A DNA stretch of 64,000 nt from Mantamonas sphyraenae STR306 (taxonomy: Eukaryota > Protista > CRuMs). This document shows positions 58,901 through 64,000 of this stretch, one piece after another. The position numbers were made by a program, and so were the translations under genes. The stretch lies in assembly GCA_026936335.1 (NCBI GenBank), contig JAPMXV010000042.1, positions 434,001 through 498,000 on the forward strand, read 5' to 3'. Numbering within the stretch: the first letter of the stretch is position 1; every line of letters begins with the position of its first letter. The notes under the pieces were generated by a model that saw only the letters and a list, made by a program, of their open reading frames with translations, had not been told where the DNA came from and made no database searches.

Positions 58901-59509
58901 GGGAATTCTGGGTCAACGTACAACAATGGGGGCGGGCGTATCCACTTCCATGAGGCTGAGGAGAAGGTCCACGGCCTTGGACTTTGTTTTGGGGCGACCT
59001 CCGAGGGCCTTGTCGATGACGGCGGCGGCAATCTCTTCTGCAACGTCGCCTGCGCATCCAGCATGCTGGACAAACGCAGAGACAGCTTCGAGCGCGCCCT
59101 CCTGTGCAGCGGCATTGCTGTCCTTGCACATATCCACCACGGAAGAGCCTGTGTGTGTGCGAGAAACGCGCAAAACGGCGGCGATGGCGCAAGGTGTCAG
59201 GAAAATCCGCGCCAATTTTGTGCAACGGTTCAGCGGCGGAATTCGAGTGAAGAAGGAGGTGAGGTGGCGATCGGGCAAACACAGAGGGCCTGTGCGCTAG
59301 ACGGAAGGACACATACGGTACTCTGCAAAGATGGCTGCGTCAGGCTCGCCCTCCTCCGCGGCAAACGCGAGGGCGAGATCCTGGTACGCAGCTTGGCGGA
59401 TCTTCCAGTTCTTGTGGGCCACGCGCTCGTTCAAGGGCAGGTCTGCCCCGGACGGCTCTGCGTCATCCTGCGGTGCAAATTCGGGAACGTTGAACTCTGT
59501 GTGGTCCAT
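52922..59509 (-). CDS. CKAP5: XMAP215/ch-TOG/MOR1 microtubule polymerase; introns 59149-59316 and 58832-58921; apparent frameshifts at ~55830 and ~53090
   Basis: TOG first-HEAT motifs HKNWKIR, KKWSERKEAL, KWKLRLEAM, DSNWRTRKEA and HRNFAQH; C-terminal SLADLRERLAA after the second shift. Confidence 0.95.
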
Positions 59510-59649
59510 GATGATGGGGTGATGTGTTGGTGTTGTTGGTGGAGACGGCGCCTGGAGTGCCAAGCATACTCGCACACACACACACACACACACACATGTT
59601 TTCACATACCAAGTCCTACTCGTCGCAGCGACGAAAGGCAAGGCAGGCC

Positions 59650-61446
59650 ATGACGCCTTCCAAGACGCCGCGCAAGGCTGCATCGAGCTCGGGAGCACAG
59701 AGCTCGGTGGTGAATGAGAACGACGGCAGCTCGGCAAACGCGTACCAGACGCCGCAACGACAGAGCAACAAGGGTGGAAACACCATGTCTCGCAAAAAGA
59801 TGCTCGAGGAGTGGCAAGCCGCTCGCGGGTAGGTGACATTGCCTGGTGCACTTGGCCCATGGGAGGGGTTGTCCAGGTTGCGCGCCAAAAGCTGGACAAA
59901 CGGTTACCTGACACCATGTTTTAAAAAACCCACGGCGCAGCCGCACGCCCATGAGCTCGCAGCAACCGTCAACACAACACAGGAAGGACTACTTGATTAA
60001 ACAATTCCGTGTTGCAACCCAGCAGATGAAGGTAGGTGCAGAATGCATGGTACGGGCACACGTGACGTGAGCGAGACGGTGCCTGCTGACACGTCGCCCC
60101 CCCAACCCATCACAAAGGACGGAGAGATTGACGAAGCACGCGCTGGAATGGACGAAATGCTGGACCACCCTGTGTATGGAAGCATTCCTAGGATGGCATC
60201 GTACTGGTGCCGCCGTGCAGAGCTGGAGGCGAGCTATGGCGATTTTGAATCTGTGCTGGCGGTTTACCAACGAGGCCTGGAGGCAGGCGCCAAGCCTCTT
60301 TCCGACCTGGAGGGCAGCATGCGCTCTTTTCTGACGCAGTTCAACGCCGAGTTGTCCCTTCTGCCCGAGGAGCAGCAGAAACGTTTGATGGAAGGTGGCC
60401 GGCTCACTCTTGTGCGCAACCTGATCGATGCCATGAACGACGGTGCCGCTGGAATGCATGAAGCGGAGCGCACGCCCCATCCGCAGCGCTACCGACGCAC
60501 CATCATGACTCCGCGTCGCACGCCAGGCCTGGGCAAGGCCGAGCGCATTGCAACTCCAGCCAGCCGCCGCAAGACGGCGAGCAAGACCCGGGGTACGCGG
60601 GAGATGCAGCGTCTTCTGAAGGAAGCTGGCGTTGGCAAGCTCAAGTTTGGCGAGGAGAACGAGGCAGAGGACGGATCGGTGGTGGTGATGTCGCAGGTGC
60701 GGCCTTCAGCCAAGATGCTCAAGGAAATGGAGCTGGAGGGTGGCAAGTCGCAGTCCAAGGTTGTGACTACGGTGCGCCGCTCTGCACGCAACCTGAACGA
60801 GAAGCAGATGGAGATGGCGCTGGATGTGAACGACCAGCTGGACGACGCGAGCTTCTGCTTCTCTCCCAACGCGGCGCTGAAGGGGTCGACTCTGGCCACG
60901 CCCAAGAACCGCAAGAGCGCAGCCAAGGGAATGACTCCGGCCAAGTGGAGTGCCCGTGGGCCTGTGTACGACCTGGGCACGCGCACGCCGGAAGAATCGG
61001 AAATGGTTGAGGAACAGGTGGAGGAGGAGGAGGCCAAGCCCACCAAGCTGACCTTTGAGTTTTGCGTGGAGGCCATTGCTGGTGCGCAGGAAGACATTGC
61101 AGATGCACAGGCGGCCATTGAGGAAGACGCCACCGTGGTCGAGGAAAAGCAGGAGGAGGGTTCGTCCAGGAAGCGCAGCCTGGAAGCCTTGGATGTGCAA
61201 GACGAGGCAGAGGCTGTGATCGAGGAGAACGATGCAGGTGAGCTGGTGATTGAGGAGCCAGCACGACTTGAGTCAACGCCGAAGCGTGCGCGACACAGCA
61301 CATCCCGCCGCAAGCGCTCCTCCAAGCGCGCTGGATCCTCGTCTTCCTCTTCGTCGACATCCAGGAAGCAGAAGAAGGAAGAAGAAGTGAACCCGGTTCG
61401 CTTCTCCAAGCGCCTGGCAGGCAAGAAGAAGAAGGGTGGGCGCTGA
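59650..61446 (+). CDS. CKAP2-like microtubule-associated protein; introns 59829-59940 and 60032-60117
   Basis: RKKMLEEWQAARG; YWCRRAELE...VLAVYQRGLEAGAKPL; TTVRRSAR; FSPNAAL match CKAP2 C-terminal domain motifs; many TP sites. Confidence 0.7.
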
Positions 61447-61480
61447 TGCGAGTTGTTTTGTTCGTCGAGGAATGCACACG

Positions 61481-63300
61481 TCATGTCTCACCTCCCAGCT
61501 TCTCCACGGTCTCAGCAAGAGTGTTGATCATTTCTGCTTGGGCTTGGGCCTTGGGGTCGTCCTGGTCCATGGTGAGGGCGTATTGTTGCAGAATCTCGAC
61601 AATGTCAAGTGGGTCGATGCGGTTCTGATGCAGGAGGAGGGCGAGTTGCTTGTCGAATCCCGGTTCGCAGGCGAGATAGCCAATGCAAGTGTCTGTGAGC
61701 TGCAATGTAAACATGCCTGCATCCATGGTGCGTGTGTAGAGCAGCTCTTCGTCCTCGTCGGTTTCAATGGGCCCCACGTCTCGTCCCGCACGTGCAATGC
61801 GTGCACTGTACTGTTGGTGCACTTCCAGCAGGTGCTCTACTTTGGCATAGTTGTCCTCGCGGAACTTGTTGAGCACGCGTTCGTAGTCGACTGTGAGACG
61901 GGGCAGGAAGGCAAACAGGGAGCTGAGGCAGGCCATCAGGTCCTCCTGCGAGCGCAGCGTGTCGGTTTTGATCTTGCCACCCAGATTCATCTTCATGAAC
62001 AGGGCAAAGAGGGGCCCTAGGCCTCGTGCGGTGACCAATCGCACGCAGGCGGTCTCCTGCGACGCACAAAAGGACAACACCTTCAGGGCGGCAGCCGAGA
62101 CCGCCAGCCAGTGCTTCTTCACCTCACGTTTGGCCTGCGACTGTTTGCGCACCTTGTTGGCGTCCTTGAGAAGGCGGACCATCAGTTCGACGCCCTCGAG
62201 TTCGACAAACGCCTCGACCAGGGCCGGTTCGAGCAGACACGAGTCCAGAATGTTGAAGAGGTTCATGAGAAACTCGGATTCCTCCTCATTGGCCGGCAGC
62301 GTGGAGCGGTAGTGTGCAATGCGCAGGAGGACGGCGTCGAGGCCGCCCAAAGCGTGCCAGCTGCTCCTGTTGGCGCTGTGGTTCTGCATGAGGATGCATA
62401 CGATTTCGCTTATGTACAAATGGTTTGCGGCAAACTCCTTTTGCTGGATACGTTGAAACAGATACTCCAGCAGGGCAGTTTCCTGACCAAAGAGCGCCGG
62501 CGCCTCGTCGGGCCACGTTTCGACCGCCGTCTCGATCAACTCGAGGGTTGTGAATGCGCCCTGCTGCTCGTCGGTACTCTTTGTGTCGTCGAGGCGCTTG
62601 AGATTGTCGACAAGCATGGGAAGGGCCTTGTTGGCGAGCATAGCCTGCCAAAGTGTCTCGATTGCCTCTGTTTGCTCGTCGTCGTTGTCGTCGCTCTGCA
62701 GCAGCTCTTTGAGCAGGTCGACGACGGCAATGGCGATGTCTGTGTTTTCGTGTGCCAGCAGGGACAGCAGGGACTGCAACGAGCTCTGGATGAGGAGAGG
62801 GTACAGCGTGGGCTTGGTGGAAAGTGCGCTCAGGTCCTTGATGCCCAGAAGCAGGTCGACTTCCGAGGCGATAAAGCTGAGGGAGTGTCAAGCGGAGGAA
62901 CAGCGAACGCATACCGCAGTCAGTCGATGGAGGAGGGTGTGAGCAGGTGGGCACAGGGATGCAAGTGCGCGTTGTGCGGCGTGAGCACGTACCGTTGTGG
63001 CTCGTCGACAAACTTGGCGCGCTGTTCCAGGTTGGTGTTGATGCGTCGCTCGAGAGTGACCATGAGGACCTTGAGAGCAGGTGCATCGAGTTCCTGCACG
63101 TCTTCTGCCTCGTCCACAATGCGTTGGATTTCCTGCTGGTCAAGGCTGGCGCTGCTGTGTGCGCCAACACCGCCCACGTTGATGGCGTCAATAAACTCGT
63201 AGCCCAGGTCGTCCGTGTCGTCCCGCTTGCGCTTGCGAGCTCCAGACTCGCTCTGCATGGCGTCGTTGGACGGCTTGAAGTTGATTTCGCTGATGTCCAT
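61481..63300 (-). CDS. CTNNBL1: Beta-catenin-like protein 1 (PRP19 complex); intron 62877-62992
   Basis: NLEQRAKFVDEPQRFIASEVDL; SLLAHENTDIAIAVVDLLKEL; EFLMNLFN; KFREDNYAKVEHL; MDAGMFTLQ. Confidence 0.95.
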
Positions 63301-63390
63301 GGCTGCAGGAGAGGGCAGCTGGGAGTCTGAAAAGCGCTGCCCCCGCCAGCGTCCCACCAAGCACAAATCCTCCACAGCATATCTGATACA

Positions 63391-64000
63391 ATGAGCCGCA
63401 GACCCGTTGTTGCATTGCAACCCGCACAATTTGCTCCGCTGGCCGAGCACATGCGCTATCGATTCCTTGGGAAGACCGGCCTGCAGGTGTCGGAGCTGGG
63501 GTTTGGGTCGTGGCTCACCATGGCGGTCAACACGGCACAGCAGGATACAGACACGTTGGTGGCAGCGTCATGGAACGCAGGCGTCAACTTGTTTGACACG
63601 GCCGAAGTGTACGCCAACGGCGAAGCGGAAACCCTGCTTGGGAACACCTTCCGTCGCCTGGGGCTGCCGCGCGATGAGATGGTCGTCACCACAAAGGTGT
63701 TCTGGGGGGGCAAGAAGCCAACACAGCGTGGTCTGTCGCGCAAACACGTCGTGGAAGGCACGTACGCGAGTCTGCGCCGGCTGCAGCTGGACCACGTCGA
63801 TTTGCTCTTTGCCCATCGGCCTGACCCGGACACGCCCATGGAAGAGACGGTGCGTGCGTTCAACTATCTCATCGAACAGGGTCATGCGCTGTACTGGGGC
63901 ACGTCGGAGTGGAGCGCGCAGCAACTGCAGGAAGCGCACGGCGTCTGCGATCGCCTGGGACTCATCAAGCCAGTCATGGAACAACCAGAGTACAATGTGT
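63391..64000 (+). CDS. Aldo-keto reductase, Kv-channel beta-subunit type (3' end outside the window); alternative start at 63451
   Basis: MRYRFLGKTGLQVSELGFGSWLT; FDTAEVYANG; TTKVFWGG; GLSRKHVVEG; YWGTSEWSA; EQPEYN. Confidence 0.92.
   Translation, partial: MSRRPVVALQPAQFAPLAEHMRYRFLGKTGLQVSELGFGSWLTMAVNTAQQDTDTLVAASWNAGVNLFDTAEVYANGEAETLLGNTFRRLGLPRDEMVVTTKVFWGGKKPTQRGLSRKHVVEGTYASLRRLQLDHVDLLFAHRPDPDTPMEETVRAFNYLIEQGHALYWGTSEWSAQQLQEAHGVCDRLGLIKPVMEQPEYNV

Noticed and set aside
1-64000. Alternative genetic code or stop-codon readthrough as the cause of broken ORFs
   Set aside because: TAA, TAG and TGA all end genes at the expected positions; the breaks are explained by introns or 1-nt frame changes.
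1-64000. Mobile elements, viral genes, tRNA or rRNA
   Set aside because: I recognised no transposase, reverse transcriptase, integrase or capsid motifs, terminal repeats, cloverleafs or rRNA signatures, and nearly all sequence is accounted for by host genes.

Overview
This is nuclear DNA from a GC-rich, very gene-dense eukaryote, probably a flagellated protist (DRC1 and CPLANE/FUZ are present); I cannot assign the lineage. It uses the standard genetic code and GT-AG introns of mostly ~80-260 nt with CTGAC-like branch points. I rebuilt 35 protein-coding genes by hand: WDR18, a plant-type beta-oxidation MFP, DUF1445, CD36-like, CAF1, RAD6, Kelch, MutS1/MSH1, mS38, RNF113A, ELP3, PEX4, FUZ, HIT, gamma-SNAP, PWI, a kinase, an IQ-array protein, DRC1, RPL31, LRR-ARM-PH, SLC35D, XMAP215, CKAP2-like, CTNNBL1, Kv-beta and several unknowns. 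Intergenic gaps are often only 11-90 nt. I saw no rRNA, tRNA, CRISPR array or transposon. The most notable observations are: (1) a CAF1 whose first two catalytic acids read H-T-K instead of D-T-E; (2) a small secreted 12-Cys protein with a beta-defensin/big-defensin-like C-terminal motif; (3) an unusually long RPL31 first intron holding a strongly base-paired ~240-nt RNA element plus H/ACA-like hairpins; (4) a four-exon ETS/HSF-like winged-helix protein that the ORF track misses; (5) eight single-base frameshifts in otherwise intact genes, most likely context-specific consensus errors; (6) a head-to-head XMAP215/CKAP2 pair. All homology calls come from recognising motifs by eye; no searches were run.
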